From an uncultured Methanosarcinales archaeon (GTDB lineage Archaea; Nanobdellota; Nanobdellia; Woesearchaeales; CAZYIM01): a stretch of DNA of 43,127 nucleotides. The stretch's first letter is position 1. Every line of letters starts with the position of its first letter. Both the position numbers and the translations under genes were made by a program. Positions 35,384 to 43,127 of this stretch are shown in pieces. The DNA is taken from contig CAZYIM010000023.1 in NCBI GenBank assembly GCA_964647565.1, positions 1 through 43,127 on the forward strand, given 5' to 3'. Under the pieces are notes generated by a model, which was not told the origin of the DNA, did not search any database, and was given only the letters and a program-made list of their open reading frames with translations.

Positions 35384-38020
35384 TTATTTATTTCTCAACG
35401 CTGCTTGTGCTGCTGCCAGTCTAGCTATCGGCACCCTGAAAGGGCTGCAGCTGACATAGTCCAATCCAGTCCGATGGCAGAAATCAATGCTTGCAGGTTC
35501 GCCACCGTGTTCTCCGCAGATTCCAATCTTCAGTTTTGGATTGGTGCTCTTACCTTTTTCTACTGCAATCCTGACAAGCTCTCCGACGCCTTCCTGGTCT
35601 AGAACTTGGAATGGATCCCTTTCATAGATGCCTTTGGCAACATACTCTTTTAAGAACGTGCCTGCGTCATCTCTCGAAAATCCACATCCCATCTGGGTTA
35701 AGTCGTTAGTCCCAAATGAAAAGAACTCTGCTTCCTTCGCAACCTTGTCTGCAGTTAGTGCACCTCTGGGCACTTCGATCATGGTGCCGACAAGATATTT
35801 AATTTCTATATTTTGCTCTTTGAGAACTTTCTCAACTGTGTCTACAACAACCTCTTTTTGGTTCTTCAACTCCTGGACATGACCTACCAATGGAATCATT
35901 ATCTCTGGCCTCACATCTATTTCTTCTTTTTTGACTTTGCATGCTGCTTCCATAATTGCCCTTGCTTGCATCTCTGAGATTTCAGGATAGGTTATACCTA
36001 ACCTGCACCCTCTATGACCCAGCATCGGATTAAATTCGTGCAGCTCTTTAACTTTTGTTTTCAGTTCTTCAAATGTGATACCAATCCCTTTAGCAATTTC
36101 CCTGATCTCATCATCTTCGTGAGGTAGGAACTCGTGTAGGGGCGGGTCAAGTAGTCTTACTGTAACTGGTTTGCCTGTCATGACCTTGAACAGTTCAGCA
36201 AAATCATTTGTCTGGAACGGCAATATCTTGGCCAGGGCTTTTTTTCTGCCTTCAACATCCTTGGCGACAATCATTTCCCTCATAGCTGTGATTCGGTCTC
36301 CTTCAAAGAACATGTGTTCTGTCCTGCATAGACCGATTCCTTCTGCACCAAACTCAATGGCTTTCTTTGAATCTCTTGGGGTCTCTGCATTGGTCCTTAC
36401 ACCCAGGGTTCTTACTTCATCAGCCCATTCCATTAAAGTAGCAAAATTACCTGACAATTTAGGATCAACAACAGCTATTTGTCCTTCAATAACATCTCCT
36501 GTAGAACCGTCCAGTGTCAAGAAATCGCCTTCTTTGACAATAAGATCCTGGCATTTGAACTGTTTCTTATCTTCTTCAACTGTGATGTCCGAGCAGCCTG
36601 CAACACAAGCCTTACCCATTCCTCTGGCAACCACTGCTGCATGCGATGTCATACCGCCTCTCGCTGTTAAGATGCCTTGAGCAGCATCCATGCCCTCTAT
36701 ATCTTCAGGGCTGGTTTCTGTCCGGACTAAAATAACCTTCTTTCCTGCTTGTGCTTGCTTAGCAGCTTCTTCAGCATTGAAAACCACCGTTCCAACAGCA
36801 GCGCCTGGTGATGCGGGTAAACCTTTGGCTATGAACTTACCTTTTCCCTTTGCTTCTTCCTTTGCAACATCGTCAAGCTGCTTATGCAATAGTTGGTCAA
36901 GTTGTTCTGGTTTGACTCGCATAAGTGCTGTTTTTTTATCAATCAATCCTTCATCAACCATCTCAACTGCTATCCTGACTGCAGCCATGGCAGTCCTTTT
37001 TCCAGCCCGGGTCTGTAGCATGAATAACTTCCTGTTTTCAATGGTGAATTCAAAATCCTGCATGTCTTTGTAGTGCTTTTCAAGAATATCGTATATCTTG
37101 ACTAACTCTTCATATGCTTTGGGCATCACTTGGTTCAAAGTATCGATTGGTTGTGGTGTCCTTATGCCTGCAACGACATCCTCTCCTTGAGCATTGATCA
37201 GGTATTCACCATAATGCTCTTTTTCTCCTGTTGAGGGATTTCTTGTAAATCCGACGCCTGTTCCACAGTCATCACCGAAATTTCCAAAGACCATGACCTG
37301 GACATTGACACCTGTACCTGCATCATTTCTTAGATGATTGATTCTCCTGTAAGCTACTGCCCTGTCTGTGTTCCATGACTCAAAAACCGCATTGATAGAT
37401 AGTTCAAGCTGTTTTTCTGGATCTTGTGGGAACTCTTTCCCTGTAGTTTCCTTTATTATTCCCTTGTAGGTTTCAACCAGTTTCTTTAGGTCATCTGCAT
37501 CAAGGTCTGTGTCAAACTCAACACCTTTGGTGTCCTTTAGGTTCTGGATTGCAGCCTCGAACTTGGAATGCTCTACTTCAAGAACCACATCTCCGAACAT
37601 CTGTAGGAAACGTCTGTATGAGTCCCAGGCCCCTCTTTCGCAGTCGCTTTTTGCAACCAGACCTGTCACGACAGTATCATTCAAACCGAGATTGAGCACT
37701 GTGTCCATCATGCCAGGCATAGAGACATAGGATCCGCTTCTTACTGAGAAAAGCAGAGGATTTTCTGGATCACCGAATTTCTTACCCATCTTCTCCTCGA
37801 TTGCCTTGAGTTTCTCCTTGACCTGGTCCATCAATCCTTCAGGCCATTTCTTATCATTTTCATAATACTCATTGCAGCCTTCAGTAGTGATGGTAAAACC
37901 TGGTGGTACAGGCAAACCAATGCTTGTCATTTCAGCTAATTGAGCACCTTTGTTGCCAAGAAGAATAATTGTATCTTTGGTTGCTTTAGTCTCATCAAAT
38001 AGATATACATATTTTTTCAT
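35384..38020 (-). CDS. ppdK: Pyruvate, phosphate dikinase
   Basis: LGNKGAQL, SVRSG..SMPGMMDT, GGMTSHAAVVARG (phospho-His), GIGLCRTEHMF, SFGTNDLTQ, GICGEHGG. Confidence 0.99.
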   Translation of the reverse strand: MKKYVYLFDETKATKDTIILLGNKGAQLAEMTSIGLPVPPGFTITTEGCNEYYENDKKWPEGLMDQVKEKLKAIEEKMGKKFGDPENPLLFSVRSGSYVSMPGMMDTVLNLGLNDTVVTGLVAKSDCERGAWDSYRRFLQMFGDVVLEVEHSKFEAAIQNLKDTKGVEFDTDLDADDLKKLVETYKGIIKETTGKEFPQDPEKQLELSINAVFESWNTDRAVAYRRINHLRNDAGTGVNVQVMVFGNFGDDCGTGVGFTRNPSTGEKEHYGEYLINAQGEDVVAGIRTPQPIDTLNQVMPKAYEELVKIYDILEKHYKDMQDFEFTIENRKLFMLQTRAGKRTAMAAVRIAVEMVDEGLIDKKTALMRVKPEQLDQLLHKQLDDVAKEEAKGKGKFIAKGLPASPGAAVGTVVFNAEEAAKQAQAGKKVILVRTETSPEDIEGMDAAQGILTARGGMTSHAAVVARGMGKACVAGCSDITVEEDKKQFKCQDLIVKEGDFLTLDGSTGDVIEGQIAVVDPKLSGNFATLMEWADEVRTLGVRTNAETPRDSKKAIEFGAEGIGLCRTEHMFFEGDRITAMREMIVAKDVEGRKKALAKILPFQTNDFAELFKVMTGKPVTVRLLDPPLHEFLPHEDDEIREIAKGIGITFEELKTKVKELHEFNPMLGHRGCRLGITYPEISEMQARAIMEAACKVKKEEIDVRPEIMIPLVGHVQELKNQKEVVVDTVEKVLKEQNIEIKYLVGTMIEVPRGALTADKVAKEAEFFSFGTNDLTQMGCGFSRDDAGTFLKEYVAKGIYERDPFQVLDQEGVGELVRIAVEKGKSTNPKLKIGICGEHGGEPASIDFCHRTGLDYVSCSPFRVPIARLAAAQAALRNK

Positions 38021-38175
38021 TTTAACACCCTTTATGTTTTATTTTCAAAATTAGAATTCCTTGGAACCCTACCTCTCTTAGAGGGAGATTTTGCAGGTGT
38101 TTTTATGTTTTATGATGCTGTAAAATGCAATACTGATAAAAATATTTATAAATACATATATCCGATAATACAGTT

Positions 38176-38769
38176 ATGAGTAAGGATTCAATGGTTTTAT
38201 CTCAGATTCAAACAGACGTACAGCTGTTGGCTTTTTTAACAGCTGTGGTGGTTTTCTTCAATGGAATCCTGATTTCCCAATTTAATTATTTTGATATTAA
38301 GATCAAGGTGCCTATTTCATTTCTTATCATAAGCACCTTTGGCTTTCTTTATCCTACTCTGATTTTAGCTAACGCTTCACAAGAAATTATTAATAGGAGA
38401 CGAGAAAAGGCTCATAGACATATCTTATACGGCTATGTTATTTCAGAATATTTAGGCATATATCTATTTGTCCTTGCCATACCCCTTATCATCAATGTTA
38501 TTACACAGGATTTATATCTCAGATTAATTACTCTTATTGTTACCATACTGGGTTTTATAGTTTACCAGCTGATGAACTTCTCAATAATGGAGGTGAACTA
38601 TCCTAAAGGTTACAGAATTCTTTCGATATTGATGATTCTGTTTTGTTGTCTATTATTCTTTGCTCAGTTGGCTAATTTTTATTTTATCCAGACAAGCATA
38701 ATATTTCTTGCCTTTATGGTTCTTCTGACTATATTTGCCCTGAAAAACGGCAAGCTGACTGGACGATAG
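38176..38769 (+). CDS. Integral membrane protein (about 6 TM)
   Basis: Multiple long hydrophobic segments. Confidence 0.8.
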   Translation: MSKDSMVLSQIQTDVQLLAFLTAVVVFFNGILISQFNYFDIKIKVPISFLIISTFGFLYPTLILANASQEIINRRREKAHRHILYGYVISEYLGIYLFVLAIPLIINVITQDLYLRLITLIVTILGFIVYQLMNFSIMEVNYPKGYRILSILMILFCCLLFFAQLANFYFIQTSIIFLAFMVLLTIFALKNGKLTGR

Positions 38770-38777
38770 GTGATTTC

Positions 38778-39074
38778 ATGGATATCTATACTATGTTTTG
38801 GCTGTTTTTCATCTTTGCCTTGTTTGGCTTCATTACCCACAGATATTTTCATTTCAATGTGTTTGATGTATACCAGAAAGTGGGATTGATAATCCTTCTT
38901 GTAGGATTGATTACTGTTATCTTGCGGAGTGATATCGACTTTGCAAGTCAATTGATAGAAATGATTGTAGTAGTTTTTGAGCACGTTATTCCTGTTGTTA
39001 TTGGTGCTATCTGTGGCAGCCTAATTTCGCATTTTGCCTTTGAGAAGAGTAAAAGAAGAATGAACAAGCGCTAG
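38778..39074 (+). CDS. Small membrane protein (about 3 TM)
   Basis: AGGTGA RBS overlapping the previous stop; hydrophobic segments. Confidence 0.75.
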   Translation: MDIYTMFWLFFIFALFGFITHRYFHFNVFDVYQKVGLIILLVGLITVILRSDIDFASQLIEMIVVVFEHVIPVVIGAICGSLISHFAFEKSKRRMNKR

Positions 39075-39159
39075 TTCATCACTTTCCAGTAAGTAATTAC
39101 GAAAAAATTTATATATGCTGCTTTCTTTCTGTTTCAGATTAACATAGCAGGTAATATTA

Positions 39160-39588
39160 ATGAACAAATTAAAAGGACTAGCAAAGATCGTTTTCTTATC
39201 AGCATTAACTATGATTGCATGCCAAAAGCAGAGGATTACAGGCGTGGATTCAATTCAATAAACAGGTTCAACAATTGAGGAACCCAGCCAGATAATCACT
39301 CATCATTTTGAGAACCGTACCAGATCCTTTGGATATGCTTTTCAGGACTATCCTGCAAACGGATATATCTTCGATGATGAGGGCAATCTAGACCTGGCCA
39401 AACTGGATGACGGAGAATTCAGCAATAGGCAAGAAAATCATGAAGGCAGGATGGATGCGCAAGAGAGAAAATTAAGCGCAAAGCTATGTTTTAAACAATC
39501 TATAGATCCTATGACTAATAAACATTTACCCTCATATACACAAAAGCAGCTCTTAGAAGGTGAAGGCAATAGGGCTATTTTCGAATAA
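39160..39588 (+). pseudogene. Lipoprotein-like gene interrupted by one in-frame TAA (39259-39261)
   Basis: MNKLKGLAKIVFLSALTMIAC signal/lipobox-like start, stop at codon 34, then 108 further open codons ending 1 nt before the next ATG. Confidence 0.65.
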
Positions 39589-39589
39589 A

Positions 39590-40111
39590 ATGAAAATCAG
39601 AATATCAGGTCGACAAGCATTAATGCTTTTTATGGTGGGTCTTCTTGGCTTCAGTTTAAACTATGGTAAGATGGATGGCAAGAAGCGTTTAAGTAACATA
39701 CAACCTAACTTCGATGCGACTGAAATAGATGGACATATAGATGCAACTGATTATTCTTCAGGTTATTCATATCGGACAGTAACTTTCAATAATAAAGAAT
39801 CTGGAATAGAATACCAAGTAACTGATTATTTTCTTGTAGGTGGAGAAGTCAATAGATCTGGTGAAAAGGTCAATCCTTCCTGGGGTAAGGACAAAGATTT
39901 TGACAAACTTACTATTCGTGATAAGATATCAGGTAATTTTCAGGAGTTTAGATCTGAGCAATTACCATCTGCTATTAAACAATATTTCAATGACAGATAT
40001 ATTAAGGCCATTAACGGAAAATTTAATCGGAAAGACAAAAAGATTCCAAGACCTGCTCCTCGAAGAAAAACTCCCCTCCAAGATAATAAATATAAATTTG
40101 CATACGTTTAA
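39590..40111 (+). CDS. Hypothetical secreted or membrane-anchored protein
   Basis: ATG 39590 gives MKIRISGRQALMLFMVGLLGFSL, a basic then hydrophobic N-terminus. Confidence 0.7.
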   Translation: MKIRISGRQALMLFMVGLLGFSLNYGKMDGKKRLSNIQPNFDATEIDGHIDATDYSSGYSYRTVTFNNKESGIEYQVTDYFLVGGEVNRSGEKVNPSWGKDKDFDKLTIRDKISGNFQEFRSEQLPSAIKQYFNDRYIKAINGKFNRKDKKIPRPAPRRKTPLQDNKYKFAYV

Positions 40112-40114
40112 TTT

Positions 40115-41542
40115 CTATCCTTTTATTACACCCAAAGGCTTTAGTTTGACAACTAGTTTTCCAATACCTGCTTCATGGCTTACCTTTACTACTTCATCAA
40201 CATCTTTGTAAGCTTGGGGAGCTTCTTCGCATATTCCCTTCCAGGATGCTGATTTGACATAGATATGTTCCTTTTCAAGATCTGCCTTGACCTTTTCTGC
40301 CTTGAACTGGTTTATTGCTGCATGCCTGCTCATAGCTCTTCCTGCGCCGTGTGCTGTGCTTCCAAAGGTTTCTTTCATTGCTTTTATGGTTCCAACAAGC
40401 AGATAAGATGCTGTTCCCATGCTGCCTGGTATGATGACTGGCTGGCCAATATCTTTATACTCTTCAGGAAGCTCTTTCATACCAGGTCCAAATGCTCTGG
40501 TTGCACCTTTTCGGTGTACCCAAACCTTCTTTATCTCGCCATCGATCTCATGTTCTTCAAGCTTGGCGATATTATGCGCAACATCATAGATAGGTTTGAG
40601 GTTATCAGTGCCAAATACCTCTTTGAATGATTTCCTGACCTGGTGCGCAATTATGTGCCTGTTGGCCCATGCATAGTTAGCTGCTGCACTCATAGCTGCG
40701 AAATAATCTTGTGCAAGTTGGCTCTTGGCAGGGGCATAGATAAGATCTTTTTCAGGTAGTTGCTCCATTATGTCGGGATAGGTATCCTCCATATTTCTTA
40801 GATAGTCTGAACATACCTGATGTCCAAGTCCCCTTGAGCCGCAATGTATCATGACCATGACCTGATTCTTTTTTGTAACACCGAATGTCTTAGCGACCTC
40901 TGGATTGAAGATCTCATCCACAACCTGTATTTCGAGGAAATGATTGCCTGCTCCCAAAGTTCCAAGTTGCTTTCTTCCACGAGCCTTAGCCTTGTGGCTA
41001 ACCTTATTAGGATCTGCAGATTTCATGCAGCCGTTTTCTTCTGAAAACGTAAGATCATCTTCTGAACCATAACCGTTCTCAACAGCCCACTTGGCTCCAT
41101 CTTTTAACACAGCATCCAGTTGTTCATCAGTCAGTCTGATAAAAGATTCTGAGCCTACTCCTGAAGGCACATTCTTAAACAGGCTGTTCAATAACTCCTT
41201 GATCTTAGGCTCAACCTCTTCCTTGGTAAGTTCAGTGGATAATAACCTGACGCCGCAATTGATGTCAAAGCCAATACCTCCTGGCGTAATACAACCGTTT
41301 TCACAATCAATGGCAGCAACTCCGCCGATACTGAATCCATAGCCTCTGTGTGCATCAGGACACATGATTGATTTTTCATAGACTCCTGGGAGCGCTGATG
41401 CAACATTGATGCCCTGTTCAAGGGCCCCATCGTTCTTTATGGCCTCAATCAGCTTTTCAGATGCATAGATCTTAAGAGGTACTCTCATCTTACCCTCTTT
41501 TTCAACTTCAAATAGATAATCATTCACTTTCTTTACTTTCAT
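40115..41542 (-). CDS. rtcB: tRNA-splicing RNA ligase RtcB
   Basis: PDAHRGYG, GFDINCG, GNHFLE, HCGSRG, VAHN, HRKGAT, PGSMG, STAHGAGR, EEAP.AYK. Confidence 0.99.
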   Translation of the reverse strand: MKVKKVNDYLFEVEKEGKMRVPLKIYASEKLIEAIKNDGALEQGINVASALPGVYEKSIMCPDAHRGYGFSIGGVAAIDCENGCITPGGIGFDINCGVRLLSTELTKEEVEPKIKELLNSLFKNVPSGVGSESFIRLTDEQLDAVLKDGAKWAVENGYGSEDDLTFSEENGCMKSADPNKVSHKAKARGRKQLGTLGAGNHFLEIQVVDEIFNPEVAKTFGVTKKNQVMVMIHCGSRGLGHQVCSDYLRNMEDTYPDIMEQLPEKDLIYAPAKSQLAQDYFAAMSAAANYAWANRHIIAHQVRKSFKEVFGTDNLKPIYDVAHNIAKLEEHEIDGEIKKVWVHRKGATRAFGPGMKELPEEYKDIGQPVIIPGSMGTASYLLVGTIKAMKETFGSTAHGAGRAMSRHAAINQFKAEKVKADLEKEHIYVKSASWKGICEEAPQAYKDVDEVVKVSHEAGIGKLVVKLKPLGVIKG

Positions 41543-41553
41543 TTTTATCCTCC

Positions 41554-41967
41554 TTAAAGATCAACAACAACCTGGACCATGACCTGATCAGGCTCTTCTT
41601 TGATCTCCATGTCATTATAAGTTACAGACTTTACATTACCAGAAACATCATAGTTCTTGTAGCTGTCTCCAGTTACAGTTGCTTCCAGCTTCAGATCTTC
41701 AGAAATCTGGATATTAATAACTTCATGCAGCACAAAACCTTCTGTATCCAGGAGAAAAAGCAGCTCCTCAAGAAAATCATAGAGCAATGACATTTTCTTT
41801 TTTCCATTTAGTTCGATCTTGTGCTCTATCTCGGGCTTCACCTGCTCTGGCTTGCAGATTATTGCAAATGTTGCAAGGGCTGCATTGGCAAAGGCCTCTC
41901 CAAGAGTCTTGCCATACGCCTTGAACTTTGCATCCGCAGTATGCTCTAAATATTCGTACTTCTTCAT
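41554..41967 (-). CDS. Archease
   Basis: YEYLEHTADA, LYDFLEELLF, VKSVTY, terminal VVVDL; adjacent to rtcB. ATG 41967 is the likely start. Confidence 0.95.
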   Translation of the reverse strand: MKKYEYLEHTADAKFKAYGKTLGEAFANAALATFAIICKPEQVKPEIEHKIELNGKKKMSLLYDFLEELLFLLDTEGFVLHEVINIQISEDLKLEATVTGDSYKNYDVSGNVKSVTYNDMEIKEEPDQVMVQVVVDL

Positions 41968-42044
41968 AATATCTTGGCAGAATCTAGAACGCTTTTTAAA
42001 ATTATTTGTTAAGTGCTGCTCAAAGCTGTGCAATTGCACTATTG

Positions 42045-42281
42045 TCAGTACTCGAAGATTATCTTCTCATCATCACTATCTTCTTTCTTCTCTTCGCTGC
42101 TAGTTTCAATTGGTCCGTTGTCAAACATGTTGAAGGCCCCGCTTGGCACACTTTCTGACTCAGTAACGCTAGGCGAGTTGGTGCTCATGTTATCTGAGCT
42201 GGCAATGAAGGTCTCAAGAAACTGGATCATCTTACGGATCTCTTCGGGAGAGTCCCTTTTGGTGTCGATTTTTATTTCCAT
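42045..42281 (-). CDS. Small acidic hypothetical protein
   Basis: 78-aa ATG ORF (MEIKIDTKRDSPEEIRKMI...acidic tail). Confidence 0.7.
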   Translation of the reverse strand: MEIKIDTKRDSPEEIRKMIQFLETFIASSDNMSTNSPSVTESESVPSGAFNMFDNGPIETSSEEKKEDSDDEKIIFEY

Positions 42282-42361
42282 GCTTTATTCCTTGAATCTG
42301 CAACTATATATAGTTTTTGAAAATAAAAGAATTAATAAACAGACAGAGCCTAACTTTTTTC

Positions 42362-42988
42362 ATGATACTTGCTGGCTTTCGTATCAGGATTAAGGATTTC
42401 TGGTTGTGTGATCTGAGTACGAGATTTCCAAAAAACAGCTTTAAGATAGTGGATATCCATCCCTTGAAGGATGGTGCTGCGAGGGGAATTCTTGAGGTTA
42501 GTGGATCTGCAGATGTTAATCAAATCAGCAAGTTTATCGGTGAACAGAATGAGATCAAAACTGTTTCTACTCTTGTTGATGATGAGGATGCTTTATTGTT
42601 GTCTTTTTATTTTACTCATGGTCCTCTGGCGAAAGTGCTTGTTTCCACAGATATCCATATCCGGCCACCGATATTCCTGGAGAAAGGGACTATTAATGTC
42701 AATGTGATAGGAAAAGAAGATGATGTGCTTGATTTTCTGCAAAACGCCAAGGACAATCCTGAGATTGACATCCAGCTGATGAAAAAAATGGGCCTCCAAT
42801 ACTTTTCCAAGCCGGTGCTGACAGAGAAACAAGAGCAGATAATAAAGTTGGCCATTGAGTTGGGTTATTATGATGTGCCCAGGAAGATAAATACAGAAGA
42901 GCTGGCTAAAAGATTGAAGCTGAGTCCCTCTACATTAGGTGAACATCTGAGAAAGGCAGAAGAGAGATTGATTAAGGGTTATTTCTGA
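42362..42988 (+). CDS. HTH_10 (bacterio-opsin activator-type) DNA-binding protein
   Basis: LTEKQEQIIKLAIELGYYDVPRKINTEELAKRLKLSPSTLGEHLRKAE. ATG 42362 is the likely start. Confidence 0.92.
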   Translation: MILAGFRIRIKDFWLCDLSTRFPKNSFKIVDIHPLKDGAARGILEVSGSADVNQISKFIGEQNEIKTVSTLVDDEDALLLSFYFTHGPLAKVLVSTDIHIRPPIFLEKGTINVNVIGKEDDVLDFLQNAKDNPEIDIQLMKKMGLQYFSKPVLTEKQEQIIKLAIELGYYDVPRKINTEELAKRLKLSPSTLGEHLRKAEERLIKGYF

Positions 42989-43127
42989 TTGAATATAACA
43001 TTGGATCCTACGTTAAATGTTTTTTCTGTAATAAAAAATGCCAAAGGCACAGTATAAATTTTGACTACTATTAGGGCTTTGTAGAAAAAGTACTACTCCA
43101 CAAATTCTTTGCAGAATTTGCTACGCC

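Noticed and set aside
35405..37730. Plus-strand ORFs inside ppdK, and similar antisense or shifted ORFs inside lig, ftsZ, rtcB, tsaC and the paralog array
   Set aside because: Shadow frames of well-conserved genes, with no RBS or motifs.
40115..41967. rtcB-archease pair as a novel RNA repair system
   Set aside because: This is a well-established conserved operon; no intein or unusual insertion seen.
43101..43120. CAAATTCT/AGAATTTG inverted repeat at the window end
   Set aside because: Context is truncated; cannot distinguish a terminator, an operator or chance.

Overview
Low-GC archaeal genomic window, most consistent with a DPANN lineage such as Woesearchaeota. This assignment is inferred from archaeal-type FtsZ, ATP-dependent DNA ligase, Cdc6/Orc1, RtcB plus archease, a DTD2-type deacylase, TrmB and AbrB-PhoU regulators, TATA-like boxes and GGAGGTGA-type ribosome-binding sites. 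Bases 1-15007 hold a tightly coupled array of at least 8 large lineage-specific paralogs. Seven share a TPR-like helical module, and six of these also share a non-hydrophobic Pro-rich leader ending in A(A/V)EVR. Three members end in a glycine/aromatic-rich alternating-strand domain that looks like a ~12-stranded outer-membrane beta-barrel, which is unexpected in an archaeon and is the best candidate for an undescribed system. The rest is housekeeping genes (FKBP PPIase, ftsZ, lig, cdc6, tsaC/sua5, ppdK, rtcB, archease) interleaved with accessory genes (PlsC-like acyltransferase, KamA-like radical SAM, SAM methyltransferase, 2H phosphoesterase, gluzincin-like protein). Several features are absent from the ORF track: a tandem pair of structured ncRNA-like elements with an identical 36-nt core behind a 38-aa ORF, a three-micropeptide operon, a structured ftsZ leader and trailer, and a lipoprotein gene broken by one in-frame TAA. 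I found no tRNA, rRNA, CRISPR array or transposase. All functional calls come from motif recognition by eye; no searches were run.
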